Positions 11,084 to 27,778 of a DNA stretch of 64,000 nucleotides are shown here, piece by piece. Made by a program: the position numbers and the translations under genes. Below the pieces are notes generated by a model. That model made no database searches. It was not told where the DNA came from and was given only the letters and a program-made list of their open reading frames with translations. Origin of the DNA: Trichoplax adhaerens (Eukaryota; Animalia; Placozoa); assembly GCF_000150275.1 (NCBI RefSeq), contig NW_002060954.1:1426001-1490000 (forward strand), given 5' to 3'. The number at the start of each line of letters is the position of its first letter. Within the stretch, counting starts at the first letter, position 1.

Positions 11084-12928
11084 TTAACTTTTCTTATCAG
11101 TATGACAATATAACGTATTGCTAAAGGGTCCTTTAGTCGAGTCATTAATTATTGCCCTAATCCAAGCATAATAAAGTTGATTTCGATCAATATTATCAGA
11201 AATAATGAGGCGAGTTTCATTAGTTACATAGGCTATAACACTTTCTTGATTAGATTGTTGTAGCCATATTTCAAATAGAATTTTATAAGATTGTCGTTGT
11301 TGTTGGTTGCACAATTTTATTGTCCATGGTAAATCCCAGGTAATTGTGATGTTACTTTTACCTTGATGATAGCCAACAGAGCAAGTGATATTGTCAACAC
11401 GTGAAGGTGGAAATTGTAAATGGCGATGCTGACCTTCGTTAGTTGTCCAGTACTGAGTTTGTTGATCGAATAATAAGGTTAATTGTTGAGAGAATGATTC
11501 AATTTCAATAACAGTATCTTGATAAATATGATATAACCAATTTGGATCTTGACAACATGAATGAAGTGGAACTTCAACTGTGCCAACAATTTCTTCTTGT
11601 TGATGATGAGGCAAATGATTGATTCCACCTAATTGACTCGGATACTCTGGATGAGCAATGGAATGACTACTAATTTGATTTGTCCAACTGGCATAATGCA
11701 ATTGGATATCAGGTAGGCCAGCCATAGTCTTATAAGGCGTATAATGATGAGGATTAATTGCATACGGAAATAACTCCAACAGAAATGAATTTTGCGGTAG
11801 AAATAATCCTAATATTAATGCAGAACCATGCATACCAATTAAACCAATGGTTTGGCACGATAATATAGATAGTTGATGAGTTATATTATAGTCTTGGCTA
11901 TCTTCAATGGATAAGGTAATGACATTTCTCTTATATTTATCTGCAATAAATTGTTTCAGTCGATCTACATTGATAATAAGGCGATTGCTATGTCGTAACA
12001 TGATGACAATAACATTATCATCGCTCTCCAGTTGAGATGCGGTCGATATTGGGCAATGAATGTTTAACTTTTTCATGATGAATTGTGTAAATGTTCGATA
12101 AGGAAATGTATTAGGCAATTTTCTTTGAATTGGACCTTGCGGCGCGGATGACTGGAAACCATATTGATACCAAGTAGTCATTTTGGAGATCCCTACGATA
12201 ACTTGTTGGAAACAAATGAGAGATCCATGCACATTGTCATTGTTATTATTATTATTATTATTTTTATTGTTATGATTACGAGTGTTGAGCAAAGATATTA
12301 AATCTTTCTTATATAATGGTAAACGATTTGAAAATAAATTATATAGGTATGCATAATGAGTAGGTGGTTCTTCATCGAAAAATATTACTTGAATATTATC
12401 AGAGTATAAATTGGAATATTGACGTAATGTATAATATAACGGTATTAAATCATCATGAATAACGTGCATAATATTACTAGGGTAAAAGCGACGAAAGATT
12501 AAATGATTTCCATTCATTATAACTGATGAATTTAAATTAAATTTTTGGCTAATGACTTGCCAGGGTAATTCTACAAAATTAAAGTATTGTCTGTTATGAT
12601 CTTCAACCGATGACATATCTAATAATGTTGGATTAAATCGATCATCAGGTAGGTTATCTCGTATGGATTTAGTCAAGCCATGGATAAAAATAAATTCATC
12701 ATAATTATAGGAATAGCATAAATGATCGAATTTGCAAATACGATTGGTTGAGTGATTGCCCCAACACCATACTGATGATCCACGTTGTAATAGTGACATG
12801 ATGTCGTTTATCTTTGTCTGATTATGAGCAGGAAGATGATCAAGATTTTGATATTGATGAATGGCCATGGTAATCATTAATGCAACGATTGGCGTTACAG
12901 CCATCCAATAGCGGATGTACAATTGCAT
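11084..12928 (-). CDS. POMGNT2: Protein O-mannose beta-1,4-N-acetylglucosaminyltransferase 2 (GT61 family, C-terminal FN3-like domain), single coding exon
   Basis: 614-aa ORF with N-terminal signal anchor; RFYPSNIMHVIHDDLIPLYYTL; GMHGSALILGLFLPQNSFLLELFPYAINPHHYTPYKTMA; CCQDPNWLYHIYQDT; FN3-like tail (ITWDLPW...YYAWIRA...GPFS); poly-Asn from an (AAT)n tract near 12240-12275. Confidence 0.93.
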   Translation of the reverse strand: MQLYIRYWMAVTPIVALMITMAIHQYQNLDHLPAHNQTKINDIMSLLQRGSSVWCWGNHSTNRICKFDHLCYSYNYDEFIFIHGLTKSIRDNLPDDRFNPTLLDMSSVEDHNRQYFNFVELPWQVISQKFNLNSSVIMNGNHLIFRRFYPSNIMHVIHDDLIPLYYTLRQYSNLYSDNIQVIFFDEEPPTHYAYLYNLFSNRLPLYKKDLISLLNTRNHNNKNNNNNNNNDNVHGSLICFQQVIVGISKMTTWYQYGFQSSAPQGPIQRKLPNTFPYRTFTQFIMKKLNIHCPISTASQLESDDNVIVIMLRHSNRLIINVDRLKQFIADKYKRNVITLSIEDSQDYNITHQLSILSCQTIGLIGMHGSALILGLFLPQNSFLLELFPYAINPHHYTPYKTMAGLPDIQLHYASWTNQISSHSIAHPEYPSQLGGINHLPHHQQEEIVGTVEVPLHSCCQDPNWLYHIYQDTVIEIESFSQQLTLLFDQQTQYWTTNEGQHRHLQFPPSRVDNITCSVGYHQGKSNITITWDLPWTIKLCNQQQRQSYKILFEIWLQQSNQESVIAYVTNETRLIISDNIDRNQLYYAWIRAIINDSTKGPFSNTLYCHTDKKS

Positions 12929-13196
12929 GATGTCTTCTACCGCTTACCAAGTACCACTCAAAAGATTTTGATCATTACTATCTATTGTAGAGTATAATCA
13001 AGAGCTGAAGTATTGTACCTATTCATGAATAAAGATTGATATTACAGGTAGAAAATGTTGTTGATTGTAAGGCTTGGCAGATGGCTGCCCATTTTGCTCT
13101 CCTTGAAATCGGTTGCAGACTTGCAATTGAGGAAGCGGAGACAAGCAAAAGCCGTCCGTATGTCTGTAGACGTTACGGTAGCCCACGAGGACCAAG

Positions 13197-13350
13197 CAGT
13201 GTACTGTACTGTACTGTACAGTACATACAGTACAGTACAGTACTGTACACTCAATCATTCGCTACAGTACTATACGTACAGTACTGTACTGTATACTGTA
13301 CAGTACAGTGTACCGTAACTGTACTGTACTGTACTGTACACTGAGTACAG
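13197..13350. repeat. CAGTA/TACTG pentamer array in the POMGNT2-AFG3L2 divergent promoter
   Basis: GTACTGTACTGTACTGTACAGTACATACAGTACAGTACAGTACTGTAC...; blocks in both orientations. Confidence 0.9.
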
Positions 13351-13453
13351 CACAATGGTACAGATGGACGTACGGCTGGACTATGTCAAGATTTCATCAT
13401 GCTCATTGCTGGCAGAACCAAGCGTACTAGTAGCTCTAGCTCAGTCTAGCCTT

Positions 13454-18058
<4,605 letters not shown>

Positions 18059-19222
18059 GTTGAAAATTCACTTTTATGAGCTAAAATTCATCACTCTTTT
18101 ATAACTAATACTTTTACGGAGTATGGTAAATTTGCTCGGCAATGTGTTGCAGCTTGAGAATTCATTATTTTATACAACAAAGGTGTAAGCCATTTGTAAT
18201 ATAAAAATTTGCAAGCCGATGTCATTCGCTATAATAATAGCAATAATTGATAATTTTGCATATGTAAAAAGCTTATACGTGTATTTGGTTAAAATTTCAA
18301 ATTGCAGTTAAATATCAATAAAATACATTATATTGCATTATCATGATTATAGCCAACCTAGACCTACCATCTAGAAGTTACTTATGAATAATTTACAATA
18401 ATTACTCTATACATATTTACTGAAGCACTTGTAATCAATTGACTAGATATCTCGCAATGAATAGTATGAAAACTACAAGTATAGTAACGTTGTCGGACAC
18501 GAAATATTCAAGATAATAACAACGAATCCTTACATTGTACACGTGCGAGTACTGTACGACATGCTAGTTACACCCACACCAGATAACCTAGAGCTTCACT
18601 TAAATACGTACTTTAATATTATTATTTTTACTCCCCAGATATCATACTTAAAAAGTTTTAAATTGCCAACTTTCTAGAAATGTATGTTAATATTGAAGAT
18701 ATAAGTGGCCGGGTACTGTACGAATGTAAAGTTTCGCTGAGAGTATGGGGTACACATCATTTAAGAAACAACTGGTAGTAGCAAATATGATAAGAATTCG
18801 ATCAACTATCCAGCAATCCCACACCAGTTAATATTCTTAGTATGAAATCATTAAATTACGTTATTTACACTCTTGGCCAGTAAGTTAACAATTGATAAAG
18901 TATATTATCGTGATTAGTGTAGCCAATTCAAGTAATACTCTAGAGACGTTATCAACTTAATACACGATTTTATTTCTGGTAATGATACTCAATGTAGCCA
19001 AAACAATTTCAATTTATAGTCTAATCATTGTACAACAAACGAAGAGTCCATATGTGTAAAACACATAATCCAAAAACAAACTTTAAAGCAATGATATTAG
19101 GCTCTGATTTGGTTACATATCTATTATTTATCCGATAAATGAAATAAACTCAACGATTACTATCCATCTGGATCACTTGAAGTAAATATATTTCACTTTT
19201 ATACAAAAGGATTCCATAAATA

Positions 19223-22200
19223 CTACAAACCAATTGTATAAGAACGTCCATTTGGGTTGTGCAACCCTGAAATATAAGGGTTTGTGACACACCATTCATA
19301 CCAAACTTTCGATGCCGATGATTTTCGCCAAAAATGAACATCAATTCTTGATTCCGCTTTCACATATATCGGTTCCTAACATTTTAAATCGCAGTATCCA
19401 AGTCATCAGGGTTAATAGTCAAATTTTTACAATAAAATTCTATTGGTATAATTTACCAAATCAACACATAGCGCTCTATAAAACTTGATTATCACTAAGT
19501 AACGTGCAATAGCTCTTTCGGTAACTAACCCTTAATGGAAACATAATTGGAAACCAGCTAAACATCCCTTCAGAATGACGTTCAGGAACAGTACCTAATC
19601 AATAAACAGCAATTATAAATTATTGATAACTAAACCATAATGCAATAGACTCTGAAAGTGATACAACAAACATACTTACTTATAGTCACATTTTTATATA
19701 AAATAGCTTCAAAGTATCCAGCAAAACCAGTCAAAACAGTATCTTTTGAAGGTGATTGATAAGTTAAGCAAATATATCTATCATTACTCCTAGATCCTGT
19801 AAAATAATTAATATTATTAAGTGCTTTACTTTCCATTAATAAATTATCAGTTATTCCATTTAATAATTACTTACCAGAGCCTGAATTAGGATGGCTGAAC
19901 GAAAAACATTCCAACGGATCCGAGAATATATGTACATTATGCAGATGAACAACGAAGGGAGTTTCAAACGAAATCTATCGCAATCAAAGTATACTAATAG
20001 AATTACATTGAGATAGCGACCTTGGATGAAATAATTAAGCAATATCTAACAATGAAATTTCAATGCATAATCACGAACAGCTATAATCTTCCAATATCAT
20101 GCGCGTATAGTCATAGATTTACTCGTAAGTAGTAATTCAGCATTCATCTACTACTATTTTATAAAAAACCATTTGTGAAAACCTTATACCGATTTCATGT
20201 AATTATGGTGCTTAATAATTTTGTTATTTATCGATACTAAACGTATATTGCTGACAATTATGAACTGCAGTGTATGAATGTAAGAGTATTGTAAGGAATA
20301 CTCATAGATAAGATCAATATTTTTGTAATATTTCCATCATTATTTTATAGTACCAGAGGGGCATATACTGAACTCATAATTATTACCAGTGGATGCCTAT
20401 CTTTCTCCCTACAGTCTCTAACTTCATTATATAACTTTGAAGACGAAAAAGGTGACAAATACGACGAATATTTGGATGGAATGGAAATACCGCCCTCTAA
20501 AGAAGATAATTCTAAATTAATTGCGCTGTGATACATTTATTTCCAATTAATGAAAGTTATCAATAGAATAGAATATTTGAAGTATATTAATTCTTTATCT
20601 GATGTTATAGCACTATAGGATATATATATATATATACCATTCAAGTACTTCATAGCACCATCCAAGCATTCTGGAGAGAGTTCGTTATCACCAAATGATC
20701 CTAGCAGTTCGCTTACGATAATATCGGCCTACGATAATTAATGATATAATGACAAATAAAGACATGTAACTGATCGTGCTAAAAATTATCTGGTATTTTT
20801 CTTTTTTAACAGTCAAACAATGCTACAGCAACATTGTAATCAGTTAATAATCAACGAACAACAATAAACTATAAAATTACCTTGCATGGGGGCTCCCATT
20901 CTCTCATATCCGTTGATACAACCGTCACTTGGTCTCCCCATTCTACTGCTTTCAAATTTTGTAATCTAATATTCGATATTAAATGTCAAAAATTTACTTG
21001 GTATTACCCATTTCATAATATGCTTACTTGACAACTTAATACATGTCATAACTGATCTATAATTTATAATCGAATAACAATTTACTGCCAATACATTTAT
21101 GACATACGTAATGACGGCATTAGGATTTTTTTCTATCGCATATACAGTCAACTTGGTTTGTAAACTATAACCAGCACGTAAAGTAGCTTTCACTAGCGGT
21201 CCTCGGCCAGCCCCTAAAACCATTACAACACTAAATCCAATAGAATTATTACCATTACCGTAATACCTATCATATTATGAGAAGTAACGCGTAAGATTAG
21301 TTAATAAGGGTTAGATATACTAATACATACGTTTCGTTATGATTACTCTCTATACGGTCAAGAAGCGCCAGATAGATTGCCTGTTAAAAATGACGATAAA
21401 TGAATATTCTCAATAATGCATAGTATAGTAGAAAACATTATATGAGTACTATATAAAACAGCCTACCTCTTCATATCGCGCATACTTAACAGGATCTTTT
21501 TCAAAAACTTCATAGGTTTGAGAATCTAAATTATCCATTAGTGGCTAATAATAGATTATTTTATATAAGAACAGGTTATCAACCTTTTAAATCGCGATAC
21601 TTTCATTTAAGGTATTTTAAGTAGTAACGAAGGTTAACACCCAGTACTTGTAAATTAACCTGTAATGGCCACTGTAAGTAATCTCCGTAACCACGCACAA
21701 ACTTTTGGTAATCGTCTAAAGGCGGTTGATTCTAATGCAGTATGATAATGCAAAATAAGAACTGGAAGCTATCACATAATAGAATAATCTTAGAAAAAAT
21801 CCGCGAGAATAATCGCGCCGAGATATTAAAGTATTTTTATTTTGAACAAACTTCATGAACGTGCTCCAAATATTGAAAATAAGAATTAGAGCCCTAAAAG
21901 TAATAAAATTTAATATTTGTAACACCCTTTCCATGATAATTCTCCAAATCTATCAAATCTTTACATTAACTACTTTGATACCTTGGTAGGATCTTGGCAA
22001 TTACCAGATACAATACTTTGGATTCTTAACTGGCGTATAAAAGATCATCATCAATTAATTAATTGCACTAACAAGAATCGCAAGACGTACTATAAATTAT
22101 TAAAATTCGGTTAGCCGTATTATTTATTTTATGGCAAGATTATTTCCAATACAATAACATACCTTAAAAAATCGCTTAGCCATTTCCTGATGGCCACGAC

Positions 22201-24665
22201 TTAAAACAGGATAACCTATCATAAATGTTTAAGGCAATCAGATAATGAATCTTTGTACTATGAATATTCTTTCAGCTATTGTAAAAAGAAAATTATGTAA
22301 TGACGATTAAGGTGTCAACTTATGAATGCAATTTTATTCACAGATCACTAATAAATTTGATATTACCTATCTTATTTTGTATCAAAAGCAGTAGAATATT
22401 CAACTATAATAATCAAGCTTACCTTTTTTATTTGTACGAAAAATACTAGTAGGAAACGATAAACACTTGATAGGCTCGCCAAACCATCTATCGATTTCAA
22501 CATCTGTCGGTAAAGCCTGGGTTACTTCCAGCACTATTATAAGTCAACAAGATTAAGGGAGTTGATAGCCATTACAATACTAGCACCGTAAACCTAGTAC
22601 TTGTCAGTGCTAATGTTATAAGCTACAGTTTTATTATAAATAGTGAACAGTGTAAGATTTTCGATCGACTACAAAATAGAAGCACAATTACTAAGATATT
22701 AATAAGAATTTCGTAATACAAAAGGAGCTACTTTCACTATCGTTATTGCTTTTAACGTATCCTAACTTACTGTACCTAGCCCGAGTCTCTTATGAAAACT
22801 GCACATAGATCTCAAGGTATTCCACCTTCATAAATAAATAGTATAATTGAAGGTGTATGCAAAATATCCAATCATCAACTCTTAAACATTTACTGTAGAT
22901 ATTCATATATTTAAGTTTGGATAGTCTAATAGCTACGTTTAGTGCTACTTACCATCCCCAGGGGTCTTCAAGGGCGGTATCCTAAATATAAAATTAACAG
23001 GTAATCATATACGTGAAAGTAACCCAGTAGGTAAGAATAATATCAATAAAATACTACAACAAGGAAAACTTTATAATACAGGAGATTTTCATATATGCAA
23101 CATGCAATACCCTTACAGCATCATTTCCATTATTAGTGGCACATAATGGCACTTGAATCCAAACCTGATTGAAAAATGAAAATAAACTGATTTGTAAATC
23201 AAATTCAATAATCGAATATACAAATGCTATTACCAGTATACGCAAAATTATTTTATCTAAATAAGCAAGATCAACACAGGGACTGCTAGAAAGATATAGG
23301 GACGGCAAGTGGCCATTCAGTGCAAAATAATGAGGGGGGCTATCACTTTTCTGATCATTCTACTCTACGCAGCCGCTCCAACCGTATATCACACTGTACA
23401 AGATCAATTAAGCAGCTAATTTGGGAGAATATAACATATCGTTTCAGTTGAGATGATCAGTAAAATAGTCGCCGCCCTCATTTTTAGTGTACTGAATGAC
23501 CACCTTTCCTGTCCCTCTTTTTCTTTTTACTGTAGTAGTCCTGGATCAACATAACTACGATGATGCGGTCATTATAGGAATCCAAATTGAACATTTTCTA
23601 AATTAGTAACACCCAAGCCTTTGTCTAATTGTATTTGCTTTAAGTGCAATCATCTTTCGCACAAACATCATTTATAATGCACTGAAAAAATGAGTATACA
23701 GCACCTACAGAGAAAGATTTCTTACCTGTTGATGTCCCAACGACGTATTCAAATAACTGTTTAAAATGCTAGCCAATCTGGCGACAGAACCGCCATTAAG
23801 TTGGACAGTGATTGCTGGCAGTGAGAGATGGCTTGCGTACGATAGTTCCTGGTTCAGGGCCTAAAGAAAATAATATGCAATAATAATTGCATAACATAGT
23901 CATCATACGTATGAAAATATCTAGAGGTAGTATAACCGGGTACAGCAGCAGAAATGAGCTCTTGGAAATTGTTTGATCTAGCAAAATATAGCTCGTGCTT
24001 TATATGCTGTATCCAGCCTATCAACTGTCAATAAAGGTACAAGTTTATACGGTAGGTTACCTTTTCAGAATTATAGCGCGTTGCTTCATCTACAGAATCA
24101 GGTAAAATCCAAGGTGAAATCTTGCCCACAATAGAGGAGCTCCATTCTTTATAGATAATAAATTGAGGTGAAAATTTTTGCAGGAATCTTATTAGTACTG
24201 TAAATCATTACTATACAGTACAGTAATACGCGTATACAACAATGTTTCAATGAATCTACTATTTGTTTACGTAGGTTCGGCAAAGGAATTATCCGAGCCT
24301 ATACTATAACTTGCATTGCATTTCATAGGTAAGTAATACAAAAAAATGTTCATTGATGGCTAACCTTGGCCAGATAATAAAGCGTCTGGTACAGCAAAAA
24401 GTCCTCCGCGATTTCGAGCAGGTCCTTCGATAAATTCACGTTTGCAACGTGGATGAGAAATGGGTGTGCAAACAAAGTCAAACCTATCCACGATTCAATG
24501 GAAATTTTAACCGCCTGTAAACCGCTTATAGTCATGATTCTCATCCTATCAGCAATAATACTATATTTACCCAGCTTCAGTAGCCGATGTAACAGCTACT
24601 CGTAAATCGGGAACGTGAAAGAAATCAATGCCACAAGAGAACCTTCTTCCTTGATTGTCAGCCAT
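19223..24665 (-). CDS. PRMT5: Protein arginine N-methyltransferase 5, multi-exon
   Basis: ATG 24665 [15 protein letters not shown]; [18 protein letters not shown]; [11 protein letters not shown]; DYLQCPLQ|[21 protein letters not shown]; [10 protein letters not shown]; AIEKNPNA; [20 protein letters not shown]; GMFSWFPI; ends KVWYEW...[15 protein letters not shown]. Confidence 0.96.
23277..23543. mobile_element. Non-autonomous DNA transposon (MITE), hAT-like, in a PRMT5 intron
   Basis: Imperfect terminal inverted repeats of about 85-90 bp (CAGGGACTGCTA...GTGGCCATTCAGTGCA...AATGAGGG...CTGATCAT versus ATGATCAG...CCCTCATT...TGTACTGAATGACCAC...TAGTAGTCCTG); identical 8-bp flanks GATCAACA at 23269-23276 and 23544-23551. 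Confidence 0.88.
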
Positions 24666-24892
24666 GATGGATTTAAAATTCGCGCTTGCTCATTTGTCCT
24701 AACACGTGCGACGTCCCCTGACGAACTCAGTCAAGCGAATGGATACCGGCATACCCATACAGTACATCGGACGCCATATGATAGCCTCATAGTATCAGAT
24801 AGTATAAGACCTAGCGATGGCGAAATTTCTCTTCTACCTAGCTAATCAAATCCTAGAATAGAATTGAACTCAAGTCGATGGTATAGCATGGG

Positions 24893-24990
24893 ACAGTATA
24901 GTACAATAGTCTGCAGGAAAAGTAATACAGTACAGTGTACAGTACAAAGTCTAGATCATAAATGTTCAGTATCATACTGGACGTACTGTA
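24893..24990. repeat. Short degenerate CAGTA array in the PRMT5-MRPL16 divergent promoter
   Basis: ACAGTATAGTACAATAG...TACAGTACAGTGTACAGTAC...GTACTGTAG. Confidence 0.75.
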
Positions 24991-25036
24991 GACCGTAAGC
25001 TTCCCCCGGTCAGCAGTCCACCCGAACGAATTCAAG

Positions 25037-25952
25037 ATGTCCATCCTGCAAACAAGCCTCCTCAGTAGCTTTTTAATTTCTACAAAGGTATTCTTTTAAG
25101 TGACTGTACGCCTACAGTTAGTCAATTTATTTTCCTAGAGAAGATTATGATACCTGTCAGATAGGAGCGGTAAAGCTACAATCTCTTAATGATTTGTATT
25201 AAGCTTTCATCACGTCGTATTAGTGAATTCATGAATTAGAATGATCGATACAGCTTTGCAATCTGTCGACCTGTAATAGCAAATTATATATAGTTTAAAG
25301 AGTGCTATAGAACCTTGATGAAGAAAGTTTGAATGCAGTATTACACCAGCTCCAAGCCATCGTTATTTGCTCATAATACAAATGCCCTTCCTATTTTAAT
25401 GTATATACTACACTCTATTAACATTACTCTTTCATTTGCATTGTACTCTAGCTGCATACGTACGTACATTTGGTTAACATGTTGCTTTCGTGAATATCCT
25501 AGGTAGGTCGCAATAGTTTATTGCAGCCATTCCAATTTGGGATAAGACACCTGAAAGTTAGAATTAAACCTCCTCAACCTAAATTAAGTGAAATTAAGTG
25601 GAAATTCGATGATAATATGGACTATGGTATCTACTCAGCTTCGTCAGGCTATATTAAAGAAGCTTCATTCGAAGCAGGTAGAGTGGCTATAAGAAGATTA
25701 ACCAACGTTCGCAATTTCTGGGTTGCAGAAGCTACTGTACCGGTGACTAAGAAAGGTATAGGATCTAGAATGGGTAAAGGCAAAGGCAAACTACACCACT
25801 ATGTCAAAATCGTTAAACCAGGCGACAAGTTGTTTGAATTTGATTGTAACAATGAATACTTAGCACGAGCGGCATTTAGAGCTGTTACCTTTAAGCTGCC
25901 AGTGAGGACCAAACTAAGGATTCGACCTAATACACAATCAGACAAGATTTAA
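25037..25952 (+). CDS. MRPL16: Mitochondrial ribosomal protein uL16m, 2 exons (25037-25087, 25503-25952)
   Basis: Presequence-like exon 1 MSILQTSLLSSFLISTK|GT; exon 2 contains L16 motifs FEAGRVAIRR, PVTKKGIGSRMGKGKG, VKPGDKLFE, FKLPVRT. Confidence 0.88.
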
Positions 25953-27379
25953 TTTGCTATTTTCTGTTTTACTCTTAACGATCATAATTGTACATTAATA
26001 ACGCGAGGACAAAGCGCTCATGCCACGCATTTATATATATATATAATAATTTGAAATTCTATTGATAACACGATACTCGTATACTATACGTTAAAGATTG
26101 ATCGCTTTGAAAATCTAGCGACATACTTACAGATATAAATTCAATTTTTAACGATTTGTTTACATTGCATAGGCATTCATCTACTAGATCAGAGGATTGA
26201 TCTATACCCGTGATGCCTTAAACCAATCCATTGTATTAGTAATTTTTGTATTTGCCAAATTAACTTGTGGTTCTTGCCTAAGCTGCTTTGACTGTTTTAT
26301 CAATTATGCAAAACATCACATGATTTTGTACTGTATAAGTGTACATATACATAGAGAGCGCCTTTGCGCTTCAATATTACCGTATGTACAATGTGAGAAA
26401 TTAATGATATTGTATTTATACCTCATCAAAAACAGATAATAAAAAATAATAATATCCATATTCTTAATTTTGTATACCTGAGCTGCGAGTGTCTTCCATG
26501 GAAACAATATTATTATTCAATCATCTGCCTTATCATTCATCTAGTTTCTACTATGCCGTCTTAAAACAGTAACAGTATACTTTATCATCTGTTATTATGC
26601 TTCCAGTAAACAAGCCATGGCTATCAAGAGCAGTTTACTGTAGCACTGTAATGCATAAACATGCATATGATGTACAGTACTGTATAAAAATAATTCACTT
26701 TAGCACAAGCTATAATCGCATGAAATTCATGAAAAATATTATTCAATAAATATTATTAATGACGGACATCAGATTCTTCTCTGGCTCAATGCTAAATCTT
26801 TCCTATATTACTGTAGCGACTACCTCATGATTGTATCTTCCTGCCGTACTAAATAGTAAAGTTATAATAACGTCAGTACATGGAAGACCCCTCATTTCAT
26901 ACTATAACTTGCAGTTTACTCAAGCACATGGCCAAATCGCATGAAATTAACAAAACAAGTTGGCTTTTCGTGCTTGTCTCTCTCTACACCACATTTTGCA
27001 CTATCGGTTGCATCCTATAATTATTGTTACTTCGAGAAATCAATTTCTATACTACATTTTTGAAACCCAAAGTTCTTATGAGCTTACTCTTGAGTAGGAC
27101 GAATCTTTCAAGACATAACATAAGGTAAATCAACTACGACGATCAACGATTCATTGCTATGTTGCGTACATTAATTAATAAAAAAGAAATAGTAGGACAG
27201 AGCGCAGTATTGCGGTGCTGCAGGCCACCAGCTTTTGCAATGACCTGACTGTTATTAATGAATTAATTAAAGCACTACCTGTACCACCTGTACTGATGGT
27301 GCTTTTCAAACACTTTACTGTTCTAAACAGTACTGTTACACCTGTCGATGGTTTACGTTTGTGCGCATACATACCGTAG

Positions 27380-27426
27380 GTACAGTATCCATGTGTATCT
27401 GGATACTGTACTGTACTGTACTGTAG
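27380..27426. repeat. Short TACTG array upstream of NOP9
   Basis: TACAGTATCC...ATACTGTACTGTACTGTACTGTAG. Confidence 0.75.
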
Positions 27427-27778
27427 ACTGCTCTTCGCTGCTACAAAATCTCTCTGCTGCGTTGTCCACCTCCTCCATGTGCACCGGTGATTGCATCTCG
27501 TCGAGCTGTATTTACTGTTAGTTATATGCATTAATTAAGCCCTAAGTACGGTAAATTCTTGTGTACGTAGCAAATAGCTGGTTAGGGAATTATTGAATTT
27601 ATAACTCTTTACTTGCATCAAGAATATTCAAGTTGAACTACTAGCTTAATTGAATGGTGACGGTCTGAGATTGCGACTTCGACATTATTAAACAGCGCTC
27701 AGTTGGTTATTGCAAGACGATTTATATATCAATTCAAATTGGTATGACATCCATGCAACTAAAGCAGTTTATCATCGT

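Noticed and set aside
25521-25952. L16 ORF as bacterial contamination or horizontal transfer
   Set aside because: It has a spliced presequence-like first exon and host-like composition, so it is the nuclear-encoded mitochondrial protein.
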